Source: Chlorobiota bacterium (lineage in GTDB: Bacteria; Bacteroidota; Bacteroidia; Bacteroidales; F082). Taken from it: DNA of 64,000 bases. The notes below the pieces were generated by a model that did not search any database, was not told where the DNA came from, and saw nothing but the letters and a program-made list of their open reading frames with translations. The stretch lies in contig JAUVKF010000008.1 of the NCBI GenBank assembly GCA_030596395.1, positions 188 through 64,187 of the forward strand. Reading direction: 5' to 3'. Both the position numbers and the translations under genes were made by a program. Numbering within the stretch: position 1 is the stretch's first letter; each line of letters opens with the position of its first letter. Below, piece by piece: positions 19,001 through 27,641 of the stretch.

Positions 19001-19715
19001 AAAACTTGAGCAAAGTACAGAATTACTGAAACAATCAGAACGGGAAAGCGCATGGCGTGAAGTTGCACAGCAAATAGCCCATGAAATAAAAAACCCGCTA
19101 ACACCTATGAAGCTTAATATTCAGTATCTGGAAAAGGCTTATCTGGAAAAGGATCCTGCATTGGACGAGAAGGTTAAAAATATCAGTAAACTTTTAATAA
19201 ACCAGATAGAAACACTTAATAAGGTGGCAGAAATGTTTTCTGACTTTGCCAAAACAAAGGGTAGAAAATTTGAAAAAGTTGACTTGATCAAGGTAGTCAG
19301 TGAAGCCAGTCAATTATATAAAAGCCACTCTAATGTCAAATTTGAAGTTAGAAAAGAAAAAGAAAATCAGTATTTTACAAAAGCATTTGAAAAAGATTTG
19401 TTGCGTGTGTTTAACAATCTTGTAAAAAATGCAATTCATTCTATTGAGGACCGGCAAGATGGCAGGATAGCGATTAGTATTACAACTATAGAAAATTACC
19501 ACCAGATAGATTTTTCTGATAATGGAAAAGGGATCCCCGATCAGGCCAAAGCCAATATTTTCCAGCCTTATTTCACCACAAAATCAAAAGGTACAGGATT
19601 AGGCCTTGCCATTGTAAAAAATATTATGAATGAAATAGGAGGAGAGATCACTTTCGAATCATCATCAGGAATTGGTACAAGCTTTAAATTAAAATTTCCT
19701 GTTTTTACAGAGTAA
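16050..19715 (+). CDS. Large polytopic sensor histidine kinase (NtrY-like transmitter)
   Basis: 1221 aa. More than 10 predicted TM segments in two blocks, and a HAMP-like segment after the last TM. H-box HEIKNPLTPMKL, N-box NLVKNAIHS, G1 DNGKGI, G2 GTGLGLAIVKNIM. Confidence 0.85.
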   Translation: MSLGRKPSILNLPRTYFVIAIIFVLLFTIVYYYSNTLTRNERIVGNLEKSLAGELKMFDIKGNDIVSILESTDTNYWPKLERVVDKNGLFIQVYLNDSLIFWNSNQILTNLSNIELANYNLIEDHKGWYTVYYKESNKFKIIIYERIKSNCPANNKFLNNFITAGNVNCDSIMFTKDQSKSEYLVSAIDGSFLIGVYFIGKSSVSDQMILYLFGLFLAAYIFIIVWIASLYNIFKNYLKNEFLVFIFFFIDLILIRSIEYFIEFPAILKDSYLFTDQFEILFSFNSVGDLLINSIFILLVSIQFYRVFDFRFVQKVKNKPFIYTLLINSFQIIITIGLLYVVCLVIEKQPYNSFYGFDLNGVGVFISLLSLLILVSSLFLINHSFVRYLIAFRQPLYKQLIGILLIAFFAHYLFAISLEIVVISIIFLFLVLMVYYYLSDNEKHSFYKYLLLIIIYASSTTYVINIARETIKNNHQYFTLDALSDSHDPLLENTFADFGGLIKKDTLVIELLTNSTTNNKAGIENYLQTEYFSSISDKYNIQITICKADEMLEIKPEGIIINCSSYFEGLIRDYESDRINSDLYLIYGEPGSTYYVGRNTLSVDGETITLFIEFFFTYIPEGLGYPELLVNNAALDIDLTGYSFARYENNQLVNKFGDYPYLTSFINMEKFADNELFSLHKFRHIKHKLSDDNYLIISRTNENISVQLVTFSVLFVIYISIVFVVVLVLFGRQTINLIRLSFQARLQMIFLSTISLIIIVLTAITLFYADIDNKNRLVNQLSEKTNSVIIELQHKLSEEIDFYQIDPTELEYLLQKFSLVFFSDINLYSPSGELISTSRPEIFKRGLLSEMVNPMAYEELFIKNELFFITQEKIGKTSYYSAYAPIMLSGSQPAGMINLPYFAKQSEVSRSYYLMIFTFINLFVILGIIGSIIAIFLSRFITRPLAVLQQNLSAIQIDKRNEMIVWKSNDEIGQLIAAYNDMIEKLEQSTELLKQSERESAWREVAQQIAHEIKNPLTPMKLNIQYLEKAYLEKDPALDEKVKNISKLLINQIETLNKVAEMFSDFAKTKGRKFEKVDLIKVVSEASQLYKSHSNVKFEVRKEKENQYFTKAFEKDLLRVFNNLVKNAIHSIEDRQDGRIAISITTIENYHQIDFSDNGKGIPDQAKANIFQPYFTTKSKGTGLGLAIVKNIMNEIGGEITFESSSGIGTSFKLKFPVFTE

Positions 19716-19741
19716 ATCTCTATTTTTGGCTAAATCATTCA

Positions 19742-21211
19742 ATGACATCAAATCCCATAAAAAGGCTGGCAGGAGAAACTGCAATCTATGGTTTAGGCAC
19801 TATTGTACCTCGCCTGCTCAATTATTTTTTAGTTCCGCTTTACACCTGGATATTCAGCCAGCAGGAATACGGCCGCATTACCGAGTTGTATGCGTGGGTT
19901 GCCATTGTTATGGTGGTACTGACCTATGGAATGGAAACCTCTTTTTTTCGTTATGCCGAATTGGAGAAGGATGTAAAAAAAGTTTTTAATACCGCAACAA
20001 GCTCCATCCTTTTTACTTCAATTGTTTTTATAATATTCGTTATTACCCTTTTAAATCCTATTTCTGAGGCCATACAATATGCAGACTATAAGGAATATAT
20101 TTTGCTTCTTGCCATTATTGTAGCAATTGATGCTTTTACAGCCATTCCTTTTGCTTATTTAAGATACCAGAACAAAGCCAAAAGATTTTCGTTAATAAAA
20201 ATAATTAGTGTAGCAATTAATATAGCTTTAAACCTGGTATTTATATTGTTGATCCCGAATGTTTTCAAGACCAATTACACTGATTTTTCCATTTACGGTC
20301 ATTCGAGCCTGATTGTCTTTGTTTTTATTGCTAATCTTTTTAGCTCTGCTGTTTCGCTTGTATTGTTAATACCAGAATTAAAAAGCTTTAGAATTACGAT
20401 AGATAAAGCGTTACTCAGGAAAATGCTTGAATATGGCCTCCCAATTCTTATAATTGGAATAGCAGGTATGATCAATGAGGTGTCGGATAAGATATTGTTA
20501 AGGTATTTTTTACCTGAGCATTACGATGCTGAGGCGCAAATTGGGATTTATGGCGCAAATTATAAGCTTGCCATTTTAATGATGCTATTTATCCAAATGT
20601 TCAGGTATGCGGCAGAACCGTTCTTTTTCAGGGAGTCGGGCAAGAAAGATTCAAAAGCTATATACAGTAATGTAATGACGTATTTTGTCATATTCACATT
20701 ACTTATTTTCCTTGGTGTTACACTTTATATTGATGTATTGAAATATTTTATCGGGCCGGCGTTTTGGGTTGGATTGCAAATTGTACCGATTGTTTTGGCG
20801 GCCAAAATGTTTCTCGGCGTTTTTTATAACCTTTCGGTGTGGTATAAATTAACTAACAAAACTTTATATGGCGCTGTTATCAGTCTTGTTGGGGCTGCTA
20901 TTACCATTGTTTTAAACATCATTTTAATCCCCAAAATCGGGTATGTAGGATCTGCCTGGGCTAATTTTGCCTGCTATTTTTCAATGATGATGATCTCCTT
21001 TATTTGGGGAAGGCGTATTTTTAAAGTGCATTATAATTTGAAAAAGATTATGTTGTATTCCTTTTTTACGATTGTCCTTTTTGCAATATCCATTGCATTG
21101 AAAGAGAAATTGGGCTCAATTCATCTTTTGCTGAATACTTTTTTGCTATTATCATTTTTAGTTGTTGTGTTTATTGTAGAAAGGCATTCACTGAAAAAAC
21201 TAACACCCTGA
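19742..21211 (+). CDS. Polysaccharide/oligosaccharide flippase family membrane protein (MOP superfamily)
   Basis: 489 aa, about 14 hydrophobic helices. The N-terminal LAGETAIYGLGTIVPRLLNYFLVPLYT is typical of Wzx/polysaccharide-biosynthesis proteins. Confidence 0.6.
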   Translation: MTSNPIKRLAGETAIYGLGTIVPRLLNYFLVPLYTWIFSQQEYGRITELYAWVAIVMVVLTYGMETSFFRYAELEKDVKKVFNTATSSILFTSIVFIIFVITLLNPISEAIQYADYKEYILLLAIIVAIDAFTAIPFAYLRYQNKAKRFSLIKIISVAINIALNLVFILLIPNVFKTNYTDFSIYGHSSLIVFVFIANLFSSAVSLVLLIPELKSFRITIDKALLRKMLEYGLPILIIGIAGMINEVSDKILLRYFLPEHYDAEAQIGIYGANYKLAILMMLFIQMFRYAAEPFFFRESGKKDSKAIYSNVMTYFVIFTLLIFLGVTLYIDVLKYFIGPAFWVGLQIVPIVLAAKMFLGVFYNLSVWYKLTNKTLYGAVISLVGAAITIVLNIILIPKIGYVGSAWANFACYFSMMMISFIWGRRIFKVHYNLKKIMLYSFFTIVLFAISIALKEKLGSIHLLLNTFLLLSFLVVVFIVERHSLKKLTP

Positions 21212-21299
21212 GAAATAATTTCTGATCTTAAGATATAAACACGTTGCAATACGTTGTTTTGTTGGAAAACGACTGAATAGGCTGGCTGTTAAAAATGAT

Positions 21300-21307
21300 T
21301 ATTTTTG
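21300..21307 (+). promoter_or_regulatory. Bacteroidota -7 promoter box (TAnnTTTG) upstream of dut
   Basis: TATTTTTG, 38 nt upstream of the dut ATG. Confidence 0.3.
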
Positions 21308-21344
21308 CCAATTCTAAAATTTACGTTGATATAAAGAGTTATTC

Positions 21345-21779
21345 ATGGAAATCAGGATAGTAAACAAGTCGAAACACGATTTACCAAAATATGAAACAGA
21401 GGCTTCGGCGGGTATGGATTTGCGGGCTAATCTGGATCAGCCTATACTGTTAAAACCACTTGAAAGAACTTTGATCCCAACCGGACTATTTATTGAATTG
21501 CCTTTAGGATTTGAAGCCCAGGTGAGGCCCAGAAGCGGCATGGCAATTAAACATGGAATTACAGTTCTGAACACACCGGGGACTATTGATGCGGATTATC
21601 GTGGCGAAATAAAAGTAGTCATCGTAAACCTTTCAAATAAGAACTATGAGATTAATGACAGTGAGCGAGTAGCACAAATGATTATAGCTGCACATGCCAA
21701 AGCAAACTGGTTGCAGGTGAAAGAACTGAATAAAACTGAAAGAGGCGCTGGTGGATTTGGACATACTGGCCATCAGTAA
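21345..21779 (+). CDS. dut: dUTP diphosphatase
   Basis: 144 aa. [23 protein letters not shown] and GGFGHTG dUTPase motifs. Confidence 0.92.
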   Translation: MEIRIVNKSKHDLPKYETEASAGMDLRANLDQPILLKPLERTLIPTGLFIELPLGFEAQVRPRSGMAIKHGITVLNTPGTIDADYRGEIKVVIVNLSNKNYEINDSERVAQMIIAAHAKANWLQVKELNKTERGAGGFGHTGHQ

Positions 21780-21798
21780 AATAAACCGAATAATTTAC

Positions 21799-23532
21799 AT
21801 GAAATATATTATAAAAGCGCTGTATATATTGTTTCTATCGGTGTTTTTGTTGTCCTGTGCGGGAACAAAAAAGACTTCTATTGATAGTAACGGAGCAACT
21901 GAACTTACTGAAAAACAGCGATATCAGGAATCTGACATATTCGTAAAAGCAATTTCCGAACGGGAACTGGGAAACCTTAAGAATGCCCTGGAATTGTTTG
22001 ATCAAGCAATCGTAATTAATCCGGAAGATCCTGCAGCACATTACGAAAAAGCCCGACTACTACAGGCATTGGGTAGAAATGACGAAGCCCTGGTAGCAGC
22101 AAAGTCAGCAACACGGCTTGATACCGAAAACAAATGGTATAAAGTTCTTTATGCCAGCGTTTTAAAAGCAACAGGCAAATATACCGATTATGTATATGTT
22201 TATGAACAGTTAGTGAATGATTACCCAACAGACCTTACTTTTCTTAACGAACTTGCATTCTCCTATTATTTTACCGGTGAATATGAAGAGGCCGTTGAAG
22301 TATATGATAAAATTGAAAAGCAGGTTGGAATTAATGAGTCGTTAACTACACAGAAAGTACAGCTTTACACGAATATTGGGAAGAAAGATGAAGCTGTAGC
22401 TGAATATGAACGGCTCATCAACATATTTCCTGACGAGTCAAGGTATTATGCCTTGCTGGCAGAATATTGTGCTAAGAATCAAATGAGCGAGAAGGCCATA
22501 TGGGCGTACGAAAAAATTGTTGAGATTAATCCTGATGATCCGTATGTGCACATATCGTTGGCCGATTATTACAAAAAAGCAGGTAACAACGAGCGTTCAT
22601 TTGAAGAATTAAAAATAGGATTAGCCAATCCCGAACTGGATCTTAAAACAAAAGTTAATCTTTTAATCACCTTTTATTCAGGTCAATTAACTGACGAACA
22701 ACGCAAGGAGGCGCTTGAACTTTCTGAGATTCTTCGTCAAACACATCCAAACGAAGCACTATCAGAAGCTTTTTATGCTTCTATGCTTTATGAAAATAAA
22801 GAGTATGAAAAGTCACGTGTCCTTATTCAGAAAATTTTAAAGGAGGACGTAGCCAATTACGGATTGTGGGAGCAACTCCTATTTTGTGACTTGTATCTTG
22901 AGGACTTTAAAGCCTTGTCTAAAGACTCGGAAGATGCGGTTGATCTGTTTCCATCCTATCCATTGCCTTATTTTTTTGCTGGAATAGCGAATTTCCGGTT
23001 GAAAGATTTTGTCAAATCAAAAGCATTCCTTGAATCGGGTAAAGAGTTTGTTGTAAATAATAATGCCTTGCTCGAACAGTTTTATTCTACCCTGGGCGAC
23101 ACCTATAACGAACTTGAGAATTATGATGCTTCCTATGATGCTTACGATAAGGCCCTGGTTTTAAACCCTGAAAATTCAGTTGTGCTGAATAATTATGCTT
23201 ATTATTTATCGTTACGATCGGTAAACCTGGATAAAGCGGCTAAAATGGCAAAGAGTTCAGTTGAAATTGACCCTTACAACCATAACAACCTCGACACCTA
23301 TGCCTGGGTACTTTACAAGCAGGGAAAATACGAAGAAGCACTTGAATGGATTAATAAAGCCTATAATAATGGCGGGGATACAAGCGGTATCGTTCTGGAA
23401 CATTTTGGTGATATCTATTACAAAATGGATAAAAAAGATGAAGCAATAAATTATTGGAAACAAGCCAAAGAAAAGAAAGACCACTCTGATTTCCTTGATA
23501 AAAAAATAAAAGACGGAGTTTTATATGAATAA
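21799..23532 (+). CDS. TPR-repeat lipoprotein
   Basis: The ORF-track start 21751 overlaps dut. The Met at 21799 gives a lipoprotein signal MKYIIKALYILFLSVFLLSC|AG. The rest is a series of 34-residue TPR-like repeats (e.g. YAWVLYKQGKYEEALEWINKAY). Confidence 0.75.
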   Translation: MKYIIKALYILFLSVFLLSCAGTKKTSIDSNGATELTEKQRYQESDIFVKAISERELGNLKNALELFDQAIVINPEDPAAHYEKARLLQALGRNDEALVAAKSATRLDTENKWYKVLYASVLKATGKYTDYVYVYEQLVNDYPTDLTFLNELAFSYYFTGEYEEAVEVYDKIEKQVGINESLTTQKVQLYTNIGKKDEAVAEYERLINIFPDESRYYALLAEYCAKNQMSEKAIWAYEKIVEINPDDPYVHISLADYYKKAGNNERSFEELKIGLANPELDLKTKVNLLITFYSGQLTDEQRKEALELSEILRQTHPNEALSEAFYASMLYENKEYEKSRVLIQKILKEDVANYGLWEQLLFCDLYLEDFKALSKDSEDAVDLFPSYPLPYFFAGIANFRLKDFVKSKAFLESGKEFVVNNNALLEQFYSTLGDTYNELENYDASYDAYDKALVLNPENSVVLNNYAYYLSLRSVNLDKAAKMAKSSVEIDPYNHNNLDTYAWVLYKQGKYEEALEWINKAYNNGGDTSGIVLEHFGDIYYKMDKKDEAINYWKQAKEKKDHSDFLDKKIKDGVLYE

Positions 23533-24346
23533 GTCGTTTCGTGCATTATTAGTCTTATTACCAGCTATTTTGCTTGTAGTTTCTTCTTGTAAATCTACCC
23601 GATCAACCTTGAAAAAACCGTTGAAGGAATACGGTTTCAATTACCTGTACGCTAAAATGCTCGATAACCATGTATCCTTTGATTACCTGAATGGTAAATT
23701 CGACATTGAGTATTTCGAAAACCGGAAAAAAACTGTGCTTAGAGGGCAATTTCGAATTAAGTATGATAGCCTTACCTGGTTATCCTTCTCCCCCGCGCTT
23801 GGAATCGAAGCAGCGCGCATCTCCTTATCTGATGATTCGGTTAAGTTTATAAACAGGCTCAATAAAACATATTTTTTGGGTGAATATAAAGTGCTTGATA
23901 GTTTGCTGAATACAACAATTGATTATGCAATCCTTCAGGCTATGATCATCGGTAATGATATCACACAGTATGATGTTAACAAATACAGGGCTTCAATTGA
24001 TGGTGGTTTGTACCGTATTACAATACAGGAAAGACACAAAATTAAAAGGTCATTGAAATTTGGGGATATTGATTCAAAAGTTTTAGTTCAGAATATCTGG
24101 ATCGATCCCGATAATTTCAGAATCAGGAAAATTGACATTAAAGAATTGGGTGATGATTCAAAAAAACTAACTGTTGTTTATGATAAATTCATTCAGGTTG
24201 ATGGACAATTGTTCCCTTCAAAAATTCATATCAATATAGTTTCTCAAAAAGCCATAAAGATTAATATTAATTTTATAAAAATGGAGTTAAACGAAACTCT
24301 ACGTTTTCCTTTTAAAGTGCCAAGGAAATACGAAACAATGTTTTAA
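23525..24346 (+). CDS. Lipoprotein, DUF4292/LolB-like (from memory of the conserved TPR-DUF4292-M23 gene trio)
   Basis: Lipobox LLVVSSC|K, 273 aa, beta-rich. Overlaps the TPR gene by 8 nt and precedes an M23 peptidase. Confidence 0.45.
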   Translation: MNKSFRALLVLLPAILLVVSSCKSTRSTLKKPLKEYGFNYLYAKMLDNHVSFDYLNGKFDIEYFENRKKTVLRGQFRIKYDSLTWLSFSPALGIEAARISLSDDSVKFINRLNKTYFLGEYKVLDSLLNTTIDYAILQAMIIGNDITQYDVNKYRASIDGGLYRITIQERHKIKRSLKFGDIDSKVLVQNIWIDPDNFRIRKIDIKELGDDSKKLTVVYDKFIQVDGQLFPSKIHINIVSQKAIKININFIKMELNETLRFPFKVPRKYETMF

Positions 24347-24360
24347 TAAACGAGGTTTAG

Positions 24361-25560
24361 GTGATTCGCCATTTTCACATATTATTTGCTTTCTTTATTA
24401 GTTGTATTGTTGTGTTTGGTTATGCGCAGGAAACTTCAAAAGAACTGGAGGCAAAAAGGAAAAAAATAGAAAAAGAAATCGAATACACCAACCTGCTCAT
24501 TGAGCAAACAAGGAAAAGTAAACAAGTCACACTTAATGAACTGAAACTCATAGGCAGTCGAATTTCACAGAGGAATGAATTAATCGCTACACTTAAGAAA
24601 GAAATTGTAGTACTGGATACCAAAATAGAATCTGCAGAAATTAGCATAAAGCGCTTAAATAATGAATTGAAAGAATTAAAAAGTGAATATGCCAAAATCA
24701 TCTCGTTTGCTTACAGGCACCAGACGGATTACAACAAACTGATCTATCTTTTTTCTGCTGAGAATATGAATCAGGCCTACCAGCGTTTGAGATACCTTGA
24801 TCAAATTGGCGAATACATAAGAAATGAAGCCGACACTATCAGGCAGAAGGAGAAAAACAAGGAAACCGAGTTGAAACAGTACAATAAACAGGTAAATGAA
24901 AAAAAGAAACTGCTGGATTCCGAAAACACCCAGGTTTCAAAACTTGAAAGAGAGCAAATACAGAAAGATAACCTAAAAAGAAAATTAACCGGAGCAGAAA
25001 AACAATTGAAAGCCGACCTTCGGAAAAAAGAAAAAGAATCACGGAAACTGGACAAAAAAATTGAGGAGATAATTGCCAAGGAAACCAAGCCTAAAAAGAC
25101 AGGAACTGGTACTGAATATGCATTAAGTCCCGAAGAAAAACAACTGTCAGCATCATTTGCAAGTAATAAAGGTAAACTCCCCTGGCCTATCGACCGCGGA
25201 ATGATTTCGGAATCCTTTGGCGTTCATAGGCACCCGGTTCTGAAAAATGTAAAAACAAAAAATAACGGGCTTAACTTTTTGACTTCCAAAGATGAAGAAG
25301 TCAGAACTATTTTTAGCGGAAAAGTGGTTAGCGTAACTACAATAAGTAGTTCAAATATTGCTGTAATTATTAAACATGGTGAGTTTTTTACAGTTTATTC
25401 CAACCTTGATGTAGTGTATATAAAACCTGGAGATCAGGTTGATATTAAGCAAATGATTGGCAAAGTACACACAAACTTAAAGGGCAAAACCGAGTTGCAT
25501 TTTCAGGTGTGGAAGGGCAAAGATTTGCAGAACCCTGCCAACTGGATTATTAGAAGATAA
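24361..25560 (+). CDS. Coiled-coil M23-family peptidase (EnvC-like murein hydrolase activator)
   Basis: GTG start, signal peptide, ~230 aa of coiled coil. C-terminal LytM-type domain (PWPIDRGMISESFGVHRHPVL...GLNF...IIKHGEFFTVYSNL...LHFQVWKG). Confidence 0.8.
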   Translation: MIRHFHILFAFFISCIVVFGYAQETSKELEAKRKKIEKEIEYTNLLIEQTRKSKQVTLNELKLIGSRISQRNELIATLKKEIVVLDTKIESAEISIKRLNNELKELKSEYAKIISFAYRHQTDYNKLIYLFSAENMNQAYQRLRYLDQIGEYIRNEADTIRQKEKNKETELKQYNKQVNEKKKLLDSENTQVSKLEREQIQKDNLKRKLTGAEKQLKADLRKKEKESRKLDKKIEEIIAKETKPKKTGTGTEYALSPEEKQLSASFASNKGKLPWPIDRGMISESFGVHRHPVLKNVKTKNNGLNFLTSKDEEVRTIFSGKVVSVTTISSSNIAVIIKHGEFFTVYSNLDVVYIKPGDQVDIKQMIGKVHTNLKGKTELHFQVWKGKDLQNPANWIIRR

Positions 25561-25567
25561 GTTGGTT

Positions 25568-27532
25568 TTAAAACCTGACAAGCTTTCCTGATGATACAGC
25601 CGTATTATTTTCTGAAACTCTATAAAAATAAATCCCGGGTCTGGCGCCTTGCCAAATTATTGAATAGCTTAATTTATTGAGTTTAACCTGTTTCGCATAA
25701 GCCCGTTTACCATATTGATCAAAAATCTCAACCATGTATTGACCGCCCATTTCACCTTCAATGGTAATACTCACCTGCGATGAAAACGGGTTTGGAAAAA
25801 CACTTACTTTGGTATTATACTCCAGACGATCATCCAGACCTACATTATCATACACATACATAGTTACCGGAACATATCGAGTGGCAATATTATCAGCCGA
25901 TATTTCAAGGTTAGTTTGATAAATTCCAGTATCCAGGCCATCAGAGTAAAATGTCAATGTTATTTCATCCCATTGCAATGAGGGAAGGCTGCCTTCATAT
26001 TGACTGAGTTCCAGCCAATCAGGATCGCCTTCAATTGAGATAGTGTAATTGATTGTATCGCCTCCGGTATTTGAAAGAACCAAACTGTCAAAAGTTTCCG
26101 AATTAAGTGGTAATTCCACATAAACGGAATCCTTATCTACTGAAAGGGCAGGGGCATCAAGTAGTAAATTAATTGCAGTAAACACGTTTAATCTTCCGCC
26201 TGTTACAGTTTTCCCCTGCAAATCTTCCAGCGAGTCAACACCATTTAAAATATAATCACGTATCTGTAAAATTGATTCTCCGGGATTGTTCTTATAAGCC
26301 GAAATAAAAGCTGAATCAGCAGCAGACATTAACAATGCAACAGAACCTGCCACATGTGGAGTAGCCATTGAGGTGCCAGATTTATTGCCATAGTTGTTGT
26401 TGATTAATGTTGATATAATTAATGTACCGGGAGATCCCAGATCAATAGTTGTATCACCATATGCAGCACCGGTATTTCTTCTATCCTTATTGGTAGTGTT
26501 GGTAACAGAGATCATATAAGGCGTAGTAAATGCGGTTGGTACATCACCTACTTCATCAATATCCCAATTTTTGTTTGCTGTAGCGCCAATACTCAAAATA
26601 CCCAACCTACCTAACGAATCATACATGGCTTCCCAAATCGGGAAGTCTTCAGGCTGTCCACCATCAACACCAAACGAACAATTATCGGCCACTACAAAAG
26701 CACCTTCCTGGCCGTTGGTCTGATCATATCTTTCGCGCACAACATATACATAAGATAATGCTTCAACTACGGTTGATTCGAACGTGGAACTACCGGCAAC
26801 AGGCAGTATTTTTACATTCCAGTTTACTCCGCTTACTCCGATTTCGTTATTTCCTTTTGCACCAACAATACCGGCTACATGTGTTCCATGGTTGTGAAAA
26901 GGAATAATTCCGTTGTGGTCATAAACATTCCATCCATGCCTGTCATCAATGTAACCATTTGAATCATCATCAATACCATTTCCGGGAATTTCATGATAGT
27001 TGACCCAGTGGTCAAGATCTTCATGATAAATATCAGATCCTCCGTCTATTATCGCAACTACAATTGTGTCCCCATTGGCAGTGAGGCCACCGGTTGTGAT
27101 ATCCCATGCATCTGTAGCATCAATGTCGGCGTCCAACTGGCCTCCGCCCTGCCCAAAATTATCCATTGACCATTGGTAGCCAAACAACGAATCGTTGGGT
27201 GAGGTTTCATTTCCATCTCTTAATTTGATGTAATGATTATATTGAACATGGACCACTGAGCGCTCTTGATGAATGGCTTGAACAATTGATTGGGTTGAGG
27301 TTAATGATTCATCGAAACCAAGCAGGAAAATGTTGAACCTTTTCGAAACTGTATGCTTTTTTACTAAGCCAAAAGTTCTATAGTCTAATAAAATCCTGTC
27401 GATTCCTGATGGATCATTTAACTGCACAAGTAATTCACCATCTACGAATCGTTTATTTTCATTCTGGCCAATAACATCGACCGAAATAAAAAGCAATGTA
27501 AAAGTTAAAAATGTTACTACAATAGATTTCAT
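25568..27532 (-). CDS. S8 subtilisin-family serine peptidase with T9SS C-terminal sorting domain
   Basis: Catalytic triad motifs VAIIDGGSD (Asp), HGTHVAGIVGA (His), GTSMATPHVAGS (Ser). C-terminal VSVFPNPFSS...GIYFYRV...KLVRF sorting domain. Confidence 0.9.
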   Translation of the reverse strand: MKSIVVTFLTFTLLFISVDVIGQNENKRFVDGELLVQLNDPSGIDRILLDYRTFGLVKKHTVSKRFNIFLLGFDESLTSTQSIVQAIHQERSVVHVQYNHYIKLRDGNETSPNDSLFGYQWSMDNFGQGGGQLDADIDATDAWDITTGGLTANGDTIVVAIIDGGSDIYHEDLDHWVNYHEIPGNGIDDDSNGYIDDRHGWNVYDHNGIIPFHNHGTHVAGIVGAKGNNEIGVSGVNWNVKILPVAGSSTFESTVVEALSYVYVVRERYDQTNGQEGAFVVADNCSFGVDGGQPEDFPIWEAMYDSLGRLGILSIGATANKNWDIDEVGDVPTAFTTPYMISVTNTTNKDRRNTGAAYGDTTIDLGSPGTLIISTLINNNYGNKSGTSMATPHVAGSVALLMSAADSAFISAYKNNPGESILQIRDYILNGVDSLEDLQGKTVTGGRLNVFTAINLLLDAPALSVDKDSVYVELPLNSETFDSLVLSNTGGDTINYTISIEGDPDWLELSQYEGSLPSLQWDEITLTFYSDGLDTGIYQTNLEISADNIATRYVPVTMYVYDNVGLDDRLEYNTKVSVFPNPFSSQVSITIEGEMGGQYMVEIFDQYGKRAYAKQVKLNKLSYSIIWQGARPGIYFYRVSENNTAVSSGKLVRF

Positions 27533-27561
27533 ACGCAGTATTGTTAATGTGGAGATAAAAG

Positions 27562-27601
27562 TAAAGAAAAAGCCGGTTCAGACTTTTACTAGAACCGGCT
27601 T
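27562..27601 (-). terminator. Rho-independent terminator after the C25 peptidase gene
   Basis: Stem aagccggttc (27570-27579) / gaaccggctt (27592-27601). On the minus strand it is followed by TTTTCTTT. Confidence 0.6.
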
Positions 27602-27641
27602 AACAATAATTTATGTTTTCAGGAATAAGATACTCTTTTAT

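Noticed and set aside
19726-19989. 87-aa ORF in an alternative frame at the start of the flippase gene
   Set aside because: It overlaps almost entirely with the 489-aa polytopic membrane protein ORF, which has coherent TM periodicity.
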